The notes below the pieces were generated by a model. It was not told where the DNA came from and did no database searches. It saw only the letters and a program-made list of their open reading frames with translations. Positions 25,798-39,481 of a stretch of 64,000 nt of DNA are shown here, one piece after another (the stretch's first letter is position 1; each line of letters opens with the position of its first letter). A program made the position numbers and the translations under genes. Source of the stretch: Glaucostegus cemiculus (taxonomy: Eukaryota); contig CDPCPM010000061.1 in assembly GCA_976551045.1 (NCBI GenBank), positions 2,170,001-2,234,000 on the forward strand, written 5' to 3'.

Positions 25798-25854
25798 CTA
25801 TATATATAAAATTAGATACATACATACATATATATATACACACACACACACACA
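25798..25854. repeat. Compound microsatellite (TA)n/(TACA)n/(CA)n
   Basis: Seen directly in sequence. Confidence 0.85.
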
Positions 25855-28800
25855 ATTTTAAATATATTGCTCTCTTTCTATGTTATAGCCATATCCCATA
25901 ATTTGTACCAACTGCTGGTTCATGGAATTTTCATTGATTTTAGATGTATTTTCAAATCATCCACTGGCATATTTTCTGTCAGCAAGATATACACTTGGGA
26001 ACTGTCATCCCACAAGAACCAAGTCAACATTACAACTTGTGTGATGCATCTCTCTCACGTGACAGAATTCGTCATACGTGATCCCATGCAAAATTTACAG
26101 CACTGGAAATAAAGCTCCCTGTTATTATGAATATTAATCTCGCCATGTTAAAGGCTTTTTGTTGGAATACGTTAGTTTAATTTTTTTAAAAAATATATCA
26201 TACATTGTAAATGTCACCTTCAAGCACATTTGCAGCAACCCAGATGAAGGCTGTAAAATCGGAAATAATTAAGAAAATTGATAGACATGTTTTGCAAAAG
26301 CTCTGAGTTTCAGATGCCTCCGTTTTAAAAGAAAAGCTTGAGTGGTTTTCTGTTATCCTTAAATACTAATCCAAAGCTTTCATATCAGTTTTAATAATTT
26401 GAGGTTTCGTTTGATTGATTCAAATAAAGACTAAGTGTAAAACAATTAGCAAACAAGTTAACAGATAACAATTGTTTGAGCCGCAGTGCACAACATATTA
26501 AGGTGTGATGCTATGATGTTAGATTTTTTGTGGGTACTTGACTAATACCTTTAAGATACACTAACTACAATACACTAATGAATTATACAAACTACAATAA
26601 GCTAACTGGTGATTAGACGCAACAGCTTTTTGGCAGTTAAAAAGTTTAGCTGCAAAAAAAATGCTGCTGAAGAAAAAAAACAGCTCAACTTTAGTAGATT
26701 TTTCTCAGGCCCCAGTTTTAAAAAGATCCAAGACCATCTCCCCAGTCTTGGCACAATAACCGCATCCCATTTCCCAACATATCTGTCTTCACTTGGGCTC
26801 AGCTCTCCAGGGGAAACTGTGCAGGAGACTTACAGGGGAAACAAGCCACAGAGCAGAGATGTAAAGAAATTCCTTTCTTCCATGTCCAAATCCTAACCTT
26901 TTTGGTTTACTTCCAGGAAAGTTAAAAAAAAAATGGTGAGGCATTTCTAAGGACTTCTAATACGTTCCATGCCTCAAAGATGCTCTTGCCATTAATCAAA
27001 AGGACGGTTTTGCATGATAAGGGACATGAACTGGAAGTATGCCATGAGCTCATAGAGACCGGATTTAGCCTTCATTGTTACCAAGACTAAAAGCTTTAGA
27101 CTTTGCAAGTTGGTATTATACTTTAGTTGTACATTATCAAAAGACATTAATCTTATTCATCTTTGAACCTAATGATACATATGGAAACCCATACATTTAA
27201 TGGTCTACTACTATTATAGTTGACAAGATAAACGACAACAGGTTGAAACTGACGGTATTTCAAAAATGCTCCAATGGACCATTTATCAAGTCCTGAAGTT
27301 TCATTGCTAAATCTGTCAGAGAAAAACTCCTCTGTCTAAAATACCCCTTAAAATCAAGATATATTAAATAAACTGTATGTACACCTCATCTACAGAATAT
27401 AATCAGTAAACCTGGTAACTTACAATCACTGAAGAATATAAATAAAGAAATTAGCTTCTAATGTGCACTAAAGATGTATTTCTAAGAGTTAAAATGTGAA
27501 GAATATATACACGGCAAGTATAAAATATTAAATAGCAGGGTTACAAATTTTTGAAAGATGATATCAGGATAATTCAACAACTGCACAAATGTATTGAATT
27601 AGCTTGACTTTAGTGAGTGATAATTGAAGTCAGGGTTGAAATTATTACCACTGACATGTTTCTTGAAATGACTCCATTTATTTTTGTCTAATTCTGACCA
27701 TTTTTGACAGCTGGCACCAAAAAAAAACACAAAAGAAAGAAATGGTTTCCCTCACAAATCTGACTAGGCCCTGTTTAAAATTAGTCAAACATCATAAGCT
27801 GTTTTTTCAGACTGGTGGCTTTTTGTTAATGTAATACAGAAAAACCGAAGGCAGTAAATCTCCTTGTCAGTAATATGCGATTAGTCTTGGAATGTAAGAT
27901 ACATACTTATAAAAAGAAAAGGAATTGCCACTGATTTTCCATGTCATAAATTTAATTTGCACAACTATTTCAGTCAAAGATGATTTCTGTAAGTGTAATA
28001 TTAATTTTTATTCCAAACACTTGATCTGAAAATAAAGTGCGAACAGGAATCGGTACACGTACAAAGCAATTTTTATGTCATTTCCTCAACCATAAATCAA
28101 AATCACTGGATATACCTTTTTAAAGTCACCTTTAAGCAGCATACAATAAAACCTTAACTGCCACTCTAATGCTCTAAAATAACTCAAGCTAACGAGTGAA
28201 TCCAAAACAAATACCAAACTGAAAGATCTGAATTTTGCAAATTAATGGAAATGTGAAAGGACATTTTAAATGATAGTTGGATACAAACATCTGAAACTAT
28301 TTAATGATCCCATTACTTTGCCAGCATTTGAAGTACAAACGATACCATGACAAGCGTTGCTGCTAGTGCTGTGGGTGAACCACATTTGTTGAGTGAATTG
28401 TCAATGTAGAAATTTCACCAGCCAAGACTGTGACTCTATTTGTTCTAATTCCATTCCCCTAGTCTTCTTCCCCACCATTCTTCTAACATTCTATCAAAAT
28501 CCTTCATAAATATCTTGATTGCCTCAGCTACTAAAGTAACAATAACTCCATATTTTGATAACCTATTATACACCTAACACACTTTCATATTCATTCCAAA
28601 TCCATTCCCCTTTTGCAATTGTAAATAATCTTTCATTCTCACACCATTCTGAACATTTTGGTTGGATCCATTGTAATCTTTTGTGCTCCAGTACCATTTC
28701 ACATTTCCAATATCACCTCAATAACATATAATAACATTCTAACCCTGGCCCAACTCATGCCTTGCATAAGTTAACAACCTGTCTGATTTTGCATTTTAAG

Positions 28801-29564
28801 GCTTCTGAATATAAAAAGAATCTCATTGTCTCCTAATAGTCTTCACTGTTATTTTCATAGGAATATGTATCAACATGTTCTATATCTGTTATTTACCATG
28901 AACTGTGTTTGTGCATAGCCTGAACAATTGTGCTGATCTATCCTATTTTGACCTTCACAATTTTCCATGCCCATAACTCTGTGATATTCATACATTTTGA
29001 TATTTGACTTGTTACGTCTTAATTCAAAGATGCACAAAAGAAACAAGCAGCAACTCATTCCAGGGCACACCACTATGAAGCTGCAGGAAGGAATCAATTT
29101 GGCTACAGATCACAAGGGCAAGGACTTGGGCTGTGGGGAAGAGTAGACACCCATCCAATGGGAATAATTTTGCCTCTTTTTGCTCTCAGTGTGACCGAAT
29201 TTTCAAAGTGATAAGGTGGGGCATGTGCATCTCATCGAATGGGGGCGCGGTGGGGTGCAGGGCCTAGTCAGAATTTGTGGAGGGGCACGCTGTGGCCCCA
29301 CCCTACAGGATGGTGTGGGCAGTCTGGAACTCACTCCTTGAAAGATCAGCATGTTTTAGTGGTAACTGAATGAGTCTGGTGTCCAACAAGTACACAGAGC
29401 AAGAACCAGAGGGCAGGACCGATCTCGGTGAACCTTTGAAGACTGAGATTACACATGGTGGCAGAGGTTATTAATCCATCATGTCTTTGCCGTCAATAAA
29501 ACGCTTTTCTTTTGGACAACCTGCAAACCGTGCATTAAATAACCTCCCCCACTGCTGCGTGACC

Positions 29565-32250
29565 ACAAGAAACAGCAGGAGGCCATTTGGCCCTCGTGCA
29601 TGCTCCACCATTCAATAAGATGGTGGCTGATCTTTCACTTCAGTTCCACTTCCCTGCACTGACCCTACGGCCCTGGATTCCCTGAATATCTATCGGCCTC
29701 TGTCTTAACTACAAGCCTCTTGTTGTAAACAATTTGCTACCCTCTTCTCATCTCACTCCCGTACGTCCAACCCTTCATTTTGAGGATGTGACTCCTAGTT
29801 CCAGACACCCCAGCCAAGGGAAACATCAGTTCCATATCAACCACATTCCTCTCCAGCCTTGTAAGAATTTGAGGATGCAATAAAATTATCTCTCATTCTT
29901 CAAAACACAGGAGAACATGGACCCGGTCTACTCACACAATAAACCTGCCATTCTGGGAATCTGTTGAACTTGGCTGCACTCCAAGTGTAAACCAGCCCTG
30001 GCTAACAAATTGATTCCATTTTTACACACGTCCATAAGTTGATTTTGTCATTAAGTTGGAAAATACACAAAAATCACTCAATAGAGCAACTACGCCTCCA
30101 AAGAATTGTAATGAATGGCATCAAAAGCACATAATACTGATAAGAAAGAATAATAATGGGAGAGGCAGAGGCAACTAGTTCTGCCTCTGGGACGTCCATA
30201 AGTCAGGAATTTGTAACCCAGGGACAGCATGTACATACTTCCTTCAGATGGGGAGAACAGTCCCAGACCCAATATTCCAGATAGGATCTCACCAGGGCCG
30301 TGTACTGCAAGTCATCCCTACTCAAATCCTCCTTTATTAGAAGGCCAACATACCACAGGCTTCCTAATTGGTAGCCTTACCTCCATGTTACCTTTCAGTG
30401 ATCTGTGTTCAAGGACACCCAGGTCCCTCTGAACACCAATACCTTTCAATCCCTCACCATTAAAAAAGAAACAGATCTTTGAATATTTGTCTGCCAAAGT
30501 GACCTCTCACTTCTGTATCTCCAAGGGGGATATAGGTGGGCTCAGATGATAGGCAGGAACGCATCTGTCAGGTTCCTGCCCATTCTCTGGGCCCATCTAT
30601 ATCCCCCTGAAGCCCCTCTGCATCCTCTTTGTAGCCCATACTGCTGACTAGCTTTGTAACAAACTCGGATATATTACAGTAGGTCTGCTCATCCTAATCA
30701 TTAATATAGATTTAGAACTGCTGAGACCCCAGTTCTGATACTAGATAGCTTAATAAACAGGCACTTATTTACTCCTATGGTTTACTGTCCATTAACCAAT
30801 CCTTGCTGGTATGGAACCCCCAGAAATAACACACTCTAACTTTGTTTGGCTCCTTATCAAAAATCCCTCTGAATGTCCACATCCACTAGTTCATCTTTAT
30901 CCACCGTTGGCTATAACCTCAAAAAAAACCTACTTTATCTGTCAAATATGATTTCCCTTTCACCAATCCATTCATTTGGCCCAGTTCTAATATTATTTTC
31001 TATGTGCCTTGTAATCAGTTGCTTAATAACAGTTTCTAATGTTTTCCCCAAAACTGATTTCAATTTTAATGGTCAGTAGTTCCTCATTTTCCTTCCTTTT
31101 TATATGTTAAATAGTGGGGTTACATCTGCTACCATCAGTCAGTGATAACTGTTCCAGAAAATAACACTAGCTCATCATTATCTCCATGCTACCTCTTTCA
31201 AGATGCATGGATGCAGGTCATCTGGTCCTGGGATTTATTATCTTGCAGTACCCTTGATAAATACTTGTGTACTTGGGATTTGTTCTGCCAAGTGATCACT
31301 TAACATCTGCCATTTATAATGCTGCTGCTATTAGTTTTTAATCACGCTATTTTCCAAAACTCGTAGGTATGTGTTGATTTCTAGCTCCCTTCCAAGTTTC
31401 TTTCCAAACTCTTTCATAACTCATACTGTTTGACATTTTTCGTTTGTTCTCTCAATCTCTCCCAGTTGCCAGAATCAGTGCTGGATTTTCCATTCCTGCA
31501 TGCTTTTTCTTTTAGTTTTAAGTTTTTATCTTGTCTCTTGAGTTGTCAATGATTTTTCTTTTTGGCAACTACATCTCCTGCTCCTTGGAGATATAAACTT
31601 TATCTATCACAGTAAATTCTTTTTCGAACATCTCCCATCATACCAATGTTGATTTAGCCAATAACATTTGTTCAGTTTAATAGGGATGATCTCTGTATCA
31701 TCATCACAAAAATCAGCCTTGTCTACATTTAATATCTTAGCATTTTTGTATTCCTCCCTTTCAAACACCATTAAACCAGATCTTATCATCGTTATTATAT
31801 AAATGGTAACTAAATTTGGATCATTATTCAGTACTAACGCCAATATGGCTTGCATCCTTGTTGATTTTTGGGCATACTGCTGCAGAAAGCTTGCAAGAGA
31901 TATCAAAAAATTCACTATCGTTCTAACTAGTCTGCTTATCCCAATCAAGATGGAAGTTAAAACTCTCTTTACAACCATTCTGTCTTTGCTACATGCCTAA
32001 TTTCAGCAATAAAGGGCAAGAATGCATAATTACAGCTACCAGGAACCCTTTACTCAACTCCCATTACAATCCTGGTCCTTTTTTTACTTAACTCTGTCCT
32101 TGAAGGCTCTGCTTTCTGCTAACATTGTTATATCCTCCTAACATCGTTATATCCTCCTATCATTAAAGTCAGTTTGTCCTTGGTCTTCAAGTTGCTCCTT
32201 CCCCAACCTTTCTCACAGACCAACCTTCCCCAACCTTTCTCACTTCATTG
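29565..32250 (-). mobile_element. Mosaic of old CR1 LINE fragments
   Basis: 3' end at 29565 (caggaggccatttggccctcg..ccaccattcaataagatggtggctgatc), RT motifs 30310-31240, endonuclease-like remnant FLQQYAQKSTRMQAILALVLNN near 31800-31890. Confidence 0.65.
29986..30233. mobile_element. Possible Tigger/pogo-type MITE inserted in CR1
   Basis: Right end tttgtaacccagggacagcatgTA and a decayed left end ccctggctaacaaa; internal direct repeat acgtccataagt twice. Confidence 0.4.
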
Positions 32251-32431
32251 CCAGCCCTGATCATGCTGCTATTCATTACTATTAGCTGGTCTGCAAGTTG
32301 AATCTACACTGGAAGTCGATCCATTTGCTCCTTTTGTTCCACAGCCTTAAATTTCTATTGTACTATACTTTTGGGGGTCTCAAACCCTAATCAGTTCTAA
32401 TGTTTAACACATTGTTTTTGAACATCCCAAA

Positions 32432-32570
32432 TGAAAATCAAAAAACTTCTGATGCTAGAAATCTGAAATACACAAAAAAATTTCTGGAAACACTCAGCAG
32501 GTCAGGCAGTATCCATGGAGAGAGAAACAGAGTTAACATTCTTGTGAAAGACTCTTCATCAGAAAAGATG
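32432..32570 (-). mobile_element. Penelope-derived terminal arm with decayed hammerhead core
   Basis: ggaaacactcagcaggtcaggcag..agagaaacagagttaac..cttcatcag. Confidence 0.7.
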
Positions 32571-33689
32571 AAGATTGTCAGAATGACACTCAGATTGCTG
32601 ACCAAATGAGCAGGGAGTATGATAACAAAGGGAAAGTTAGTTTCCCAGAATGGTCATGGCATCAGTGAGAGCACATCGGTGTCTTTGAAGTGTTTTCATA
32701 CATTATAGAAGTCATGGAAGACAAGATGCAAATTTCATTCTTGCACCTTTTTCCAAATCAGTAGTTTGATCATCAGCAAGTCACCAGCCTGTCTTCTCAG
32801 ATGGAAAACAATTATTAAAAATTGAAGATGGTAGAAAAGATTGTCATTTTTCCTCCAGTGTTAGCAATAAAATATATTTAACTCTATCGCCAACTCAAGT
32901 GTGGAATAAATAATTAAATATGATCACAAATCACAAATTCTACTCCAATCTAAAACATGAAGTAGTGATGCAATTCTCAACAAAAAATTTCTCGATTAAA
33001 GAATCCTATCAACACTTGCTACTGTCGGATCCGGTTATTTTCTTATCCACAGGCTCTTTCAGGAGTCCAGGAATGAGTTGAAAACAACTTGGTGCTTCAA
33101 AGTTTTATTAGAAAAGTTTAAAACAAAGGAACAGTCACACAGCACACGGCGCTTGCTTTGGTGAGCTGAGACAAAGGGAACAAAAGAGGAGCTCAGGCCA
33201 GGGGACAGGAAGAGCAAGAGAGAGATTAACAAAAAGCAACACCTTTTATACCTGAGATAAGAGATGCTCATTAGCTAACAATAGTCCAATCAGGAAGCCT
33301 ATTAGACACTTGTGGCCAAAACAACTAATAAAAAACACACATATTCACCTGATGGACAGACCAATAACTAGTAGGTGGCCATTCCTTGTGCTGCCACTGG
33401 AGGCGTATTAAACATTATTCATGTTAAAAACTAATTAAAACAGTCGAATCCAACACTACCTTTCAGATTACAAATGTAATATTCAAATTGAAACTCAAAA
33501 ACTTTGTTATTACGATTGAAATAATTAATTACAAAGAAGTAACAGCTGAAGGAGGCCACTGTGGCCATGCCAAAAAGAACAAAAGGTATGACCAAATCTA
33601 ATCCAACCTCCCAGAACTCAGTCGTGGCCCTGCAGGTCACAGCTTCTCAAGAACACGTCCAACCCTTAGGTCCCTTGAGGCTGCTTTGC

Positions 33690-35130
33690 TTTATTGGATG
33701 AGCAGCATAATCTAAGACCAAGGACTGTATAGAACTGTACACAATGCCACTTCAGACAACAACTTCAGTACCATGTTTATTCCTGGTTACCAAAGTGGAT
33801 ATGAATGCATTGGAGAGCGTGCTGCTTAGAGAACTTGAGTTCAGTGTGGTCTAAGTAGTACTGTTTATTTGTGGTGAGGATTTGTGTCTTTCCCTTCAAG
33901 TTTCAGCCCCATACTACCTTCTGTCTGGAAAACACATTCTCCATCTCCCCTCTAATCGTTGTGCCAATTACTTTGAACTTGTGTCTTCAGGTTTCTTGAT
34001 CCCTTTGCAACAGGAAATAGTCCTTCCTATTTGCATTTCACCAAGCCCTTCATAATTTCCTACACCTTAATTAAGTGCCCCATTAACCTCCTCAACTCCA
34101 AACTGAAACAACATCAGTTTATCCAATCGTTCCCCATAACGACTATTGCTGGTTCCTAGCGAAACCCTTGTAAATCTCCTGTGCACCCTTTTAATGCTTT
34201 TTTTTGTTTAGTGTGTCTGTGTGTCTCTTCTGTTTGTTATTTAATGGGACGTGCACCTGAGGAGGACAGTATCTCGCTCCTGTGCATACTATGTCTGTAT
34301 ATGGTTGTGACAATAAAACTGATTCTGATTCTGATTCAGTGCAATCACATCCAGTGCTGTAACCGACTCGCTGAGTCCCTCCAGCATCCAGACTGTGGCT
34401 CCAGATTCCAACATCTGCATGTCCCCATAAACTATTATCCTTTCTTCCTGGCACAAAACAATTTGTTAAATTCAATGTGCAATGCTTCTTTGGATCCTGC
34501 ATGCTTTTGATATTTTGACTTTGACAGAAGTCACGGAAGGAGTAGAAACGGGCCCTTTGGTCCAACAATTCTATTCTGACCATCAAACACCCATTTGCAC
34601 CAATCCTACACTGATCCCCAACTCTCAAAGGCTCATTTCCACACTAGGAATAATTTACAATTAACCTCCAATCCATACGTTTTCATAGAACATTACAGCA
34701 CAGTACAGGCCCTTTGGCCCATGGTGTTGTGCCGACATTTTATCTTGCTCCAAGATCTATCTAACCATTCCCTCCCACATACCTCTCCACTTCTCTATCA
34801 TTCATGTGTCTCTCTAAGAGTCTCTTAAATGTCCCTAATGTATCTGCCCCCCCACAACCTCTACCGGCAGTGCATTCCATGCACCCACCACTCTCTGTGT
34901 AAAAAAGTTACCCCTGACATCCCCCTTATACCTTCCTCCAATCACCTTAAAATGATGTCCCCTTGTGTTAGCCATTGTTGCCCTGGGAAAAAGACTCTGA
35001 CTGTCCACTCAATCTATGCCTCTTATCAGAATGTGGAAATTTAGGCCACAGGGAGACCATGCAAATTCACACTGATGGCTCCACCAATCAGGATAAAACC
35101 TAGGTTACTAGAGTGTGTCACAGTGTTGCC
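33690..35130. mobile_element. Cluster of CR1 remnants, a Rex1-like tail (34190-34337), a Penelope remnant (about 34360-34425) and a minus-strand V-SINE split by CR1 (34684-35027)
   Basis: gacaataaaactgattctgattctgatt; ccagattccaacatctgca; catagaacattacagcacagtacaggccctttggccc. Confidence 0.65.
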
Positions 35131-36254
35131 CCAAAATAAAACCTTGCTAAAATCCAGATAGACTACATCAACCCATCAGTACTTGCTTAGAATCTAAATA
35201 TTACACTTGTAATCCAAAATCAAAAATTCTTCACTGCAATTAAATACCACTTTGGAAAAGCAAGAACAATTTAATAAAACAAATCATAGTGTTATTCTAA
35301 TTACAATTAAAAACAATTTTTCCACTAGATTGAAGAGTTTAGATGATAAATAAAATGTTAGGCAGAAAGGCGTTGACAAGAAGGAAATAAGCAAGAGAGA
35401 ACATTAATTTGCTTGCAGTTAGTCTTTCAATTCACTCAGTCCACCTTATTTCTGAAATAAATTACAGATTCTGTAAACTTAACATGCAAATATACATTTT
35501 ATAGAATAAATAACCGAGAGTCTAAGGGTATAATTCAGTATGTCAAAGGCCTGACATTTAACCACCACATGAGCAAATACTATAGAAAATAATGGATGCC
35601 TGGGAGAGATTATTACAGTCTTAGGTGTTATATTTTTAAGTATGCATTACAACGGCTGCCTCATTTTCTCAGAATTGAGCAGGTTAGCTGGGATGCTGAA
35701 CAGACTCAGGTTTGACTCTCAGTCTGTTTCAAGGCAGTTGGATTCAGCTAATGCGATGGAATGGACTTCACCGACTTTGGGATTAGGGATAAAATTATTG
35801 GATGTGTCCTGCCTATCATTTCCGTGTAAAGTACAAAGATACGAACATCTGTCGAGACCACAATAAACTCAGCCACGATACCCTTGCAGTGAACATCCTT
35901 TTATTATTAAGACAAGACTATCAACTCAAGAACAACATCAGAAACTGTCATAGATGCACAGAAAGCAAACCTTGCAAGGAATGAATCCTTTTAAAATGAA
36001 ATGAAGATGGGGGGGTGGGGTGGGGGGGGGAGGAAATGTCACAATTAAAGAAAGTTGAGACTGGACATCACACAATTCCTTCAACTTGTATCTCATATTG
36101 CATCCAAGTACACTCAAAACATACATGCACACTGTATGTATTGTTTTGTGTATATATTACATGTAGACATTCACAGATGTACAGCAGCTTTGGTTTAGCA
36201 CCATTGTACAATGAATCCCATCAATGCAAGGTGACCAACTGCAGATGCAGCCTG

Positions 36255-36712
36255 GTATCCACCATCCAGAACATCTACAAGAGGCGCTGCCTCGAGGTGG
36301 CAGTATCTGTCATCAAGGATCCTCAACATCCGGGTCATGCCCTCTTCTCGCTGCTACTGTCAGGCAGGAGGTACAGAAACCTCAAGTCCCACACCACCAG
36401 GTTCAGGAACAGCTACTTTCCAACAACCACCGAGTTTTTGAATCGACCTGCACAGCCCTAACCCTACCTCGGCAACAGAACACCACAGACTACCTCTTGC
36501 ACTGCCATGGACTTGTCTCCGATTGTGGTTTTGCACTAATGTCTTGCTTTGCACGGACTTCTTCTTTGCTGTCTTGTATAATTTATGTACAATTTACATT
36601 CTGTGTGTTGTCTGAATCTACGTGCCCGTGCTGCTGTTGCAAGCAAGTTTTTCATTGTACCTATACTTCTCTATACTTGTGCATATGACAATAAACTCCA
36701 TTTTGACCTGGA
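36255..36712 (+). mobile_element. Rex1/Babar-like 3' fragment (subfamily B)
   Basis: IQNIYKRRCL..SVIKDPQHPGHALFSLLLSGRRYRNLKSHTTRFRNSYFP plus UTR ending gacaataaactc. Confidence 0.85.
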
Positions 36713-36717
36713 TTCTG

Positions 36718-37670
36718 GTCAGAATCATTACAGTACAGGAGGCCATTCAGTTCGTGGATCCCAAGCCACCTCCCTGTAGGACATTGACAGTCCTTTTCCT
36801 GGCTCTCTCCCACAATCCTTTAACATTTACTTCCCTCAAGTTCTGATCAATTTCTTTTTGAAAATCACTGGTGTTCTCATCTCCTACCACCCTACTAGGC
36901 ACCAAGTTCCAGACTATCACCATGCTGCAGAGAATGTTCTTCACTGCACCCCCTCCCCCAACCACAGCTCAGTCCATAATATCGTGCCCTGTGTCCTGAG
37001 ACTGTGACCATTGGTGCTGAACCACGCCCTCTCCCCACCCTGGAGAGATATCCTCCTTGCAACCAGCCTGTCAAGTCCTATCAGAATTTCGTCAATGAGA
37101 TCTCCTAATATTCTCCAAAACTCCAGTGAATACAGGCTTAGTTGACCCAATTTTTCCTCAAACAACAGTCCCATCATTGAATCAATCTGATGAGCCATAT
37201 TTCTCATCATCTGGGGCAAGTGTATCAACTCTTTGGTACAACGACCAAAAGAGCGCACAACACCTTGGGTATGGTCTCACCAAGGCCCTGTACAAATGTA
37301 GCATGATATCCTTGCTCTTGTACTCAAAAACTACCATATTAAAGGCTAACACACCATTTATACATTAACCATCTTTCCTGCTTTTATACTCAATACCTCT
37401 ATTTATGAAGCACAAGATCTCGTTTGCTCTGCTAACTTTAGATGTCCTACCATCTTCAGAGATCTACACACATGAATCATCATATCCCTCTGCTCCTACC
37501 ACTGTTTAGAACTGGGTGAATAAGTCTATATCGCCTCTCCCCATTACTTCAACAAAAATGCATCACCTCATACTCCTCTCTATTTAGTTCCATCTGCCCA
37601 ATCTTTGAACCAGCCTCTGCCCTGCTGCAGTCAATTGGCACCACCCTTAAATTTGGCATCATCAACTGAA
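36718..37670 (-). mobile_element. CR1 LINE fragments
   Basis: GLLFEEKLGQLSLYSLEFWRILGDLI..; 3' end acaggaggccattcag. Confidence 0.7.
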
Positions 37671-38504
37671 AATAATGGAATACATAATAACCCTTTAAGA
37701 TTTCCACTAACTAGTGTAAATTATTGGTCACAAACCTTCACTGATTAAACAAGTACGTCTTGCTTAAAGAAGTAGAACTTGGTACACAAACAGGTCAATG
37801 CCACACTTGTGTTCCACACAAGCCTCCTTCCACCCTTCTCTGTCTGATCCCATTCACCAACGCCTGCTCCTTTCTCTCATCCTCACATAGGCTAACGCAC
37901 CCAAACAATATCTCAATTCGTTTTGGGGAATGGTGTTACCCAAATTCCAGGATGGTCTGAGCTGGGACAAACAAAATTGTAAAATTGACTTCTTTTAAAA
38001 TTAAAAGCAGTAATTTTCCAATGTTAGTTGAGGGAAAAATAGGTTAAACTGCAGAAACATCTGAAAAATAGTTATACCTCTTAAAGACAGTGTTATCCTG
38101 TGCCCACTGTTAAGAACCACTGCTGTCCTTCATCACCCATCACCCTTCAGTGAGGGCCTGGGAGTGATGGGGAAGCAGCAGTGGCCTAGAAATGGACGGG
38201 GAGCTCCTTTGCTCTATCTCACACCTTTGATTGGGGAGATAGAGCACTGATCACCAGCTCTAACCATTGCCAGGGCAGATCAACTCCCTGAATTCTTTGC
38301 CGACAGTCCATCCTACCTCCTGCTCTCTGTCACTGGCCGACCCTTAAACCAGTCCAACTGGTATTTCAAAACCACCCAGCTTTTGGACTCTATAGTTCCA
38401 CTTATGAAGCTGGGAATCCTTTGTGTCTTACACCTTGTCAACCACCTCCAGAGATTTATACAAACAAACACCTTTATCTTCTGAATTGTACAATTTACAC
38501 TGTT

Positions 38505-38705
38505 TTATCACTTGCTGCCAGGAGAGGTGGTGGAAGCAGATAGGATAGAGGCATTTCAGAGGCTCTTAAGATGGGCACATGTAGAGATGGAGGGATATGG
38601 ACCACATGCATGCAGAAGGGATTAGGTGTCATTAGCTGAATTAGCTTGGCACAACATCATGGGCTGAAGAGCCTGTTCCTGTGCTGTACTGTTCTATGTT
38701 CTATG
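38505..38705 (+). mobile_element. CR1 3' end
   Basis: gctgccaggagaggtggtggaagcaga..gggctgaagagcctgttcctgtgctgtactgttctatgttctatg. Confidence 0.8.
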
Positions 38706-38984
38706 CACTCAAGACATTGGGTTGAAAGCAGTCCTTGTTTTATGTTCCCATTCCTCAGTCAAAATGCCCCTTCACACCTGTCTAGTGTTAAATTCCATCC
38801 ACCACACTTCTCTCCCTTCTTCAAACTCTTACAATACCATTCACCTCAGCTTGGTATCATCCACCTATTTTTGATATTTGACTTTTCATACCCATAGCCA
38901 GATTATTAATGTGCTTCATAAAAAGCGGCGGTCCTGGCCTGACCTCTGGGAAATGCCATCTCTCTTTACCACAAGAGTACCTGA

Positions 38985-39100
38985 ACACAAGAAAAAAGCA
39001 GCAGATGCTGGAAATATGAAACAAAAAAAAAATCAGAACATGCTGGGAATACTCAGCTTGACCTGTTGAATGCTTCCAGCATTCTCTGTTTTTGTGTTCT
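38985..39100. mobile_element. Penelope-derived collapsed palindrome inside a CR1 remnant
   Basis: gcagatgctggaaat..atgctgggaatactcagc..tgacctgttgaatgcttccagcattctctg. Confidence 0.6.
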
Positions 39101-39230
39101 GTTTGCCACAACATTTCATTTTCTACATGCAATTTCTTACCCATAGAGTCAACCAAACCATTTATTCCCATTTTGCTAACTAGGTTTTTACATGAGATTT
39201 CATTCATTTATGTTTTATTCATTTATCTCG

Positions 39231-39481
39231 CTATTTATTTATTTATTTATAGTGTGGTAACAGGCCCTTTTCGGCCCAACGAGTCCGCGCCGCCCATTTT
39301 AAACCCCCAAATTAACCTACCCGTACGTCTTTCAGAATGTGGGAGGAAACCGGAGCACCCGGAGGAAACCCACGTAGACACGGGAGAACGTACAAACTCC
39401 TTACAGTCAGCAACGGGAATTGAACCCCGATCGCTGGCGCTGTAACAGTGTCGTGCTAACCACTACGCTATCGTGCCGCCC
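39231..39481 (-). mobile_element. Young V-SINE with CR1-type tail and (TAAA)n end
   Basis: Near-identical to 17888-18138. Confidence 0.85.
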
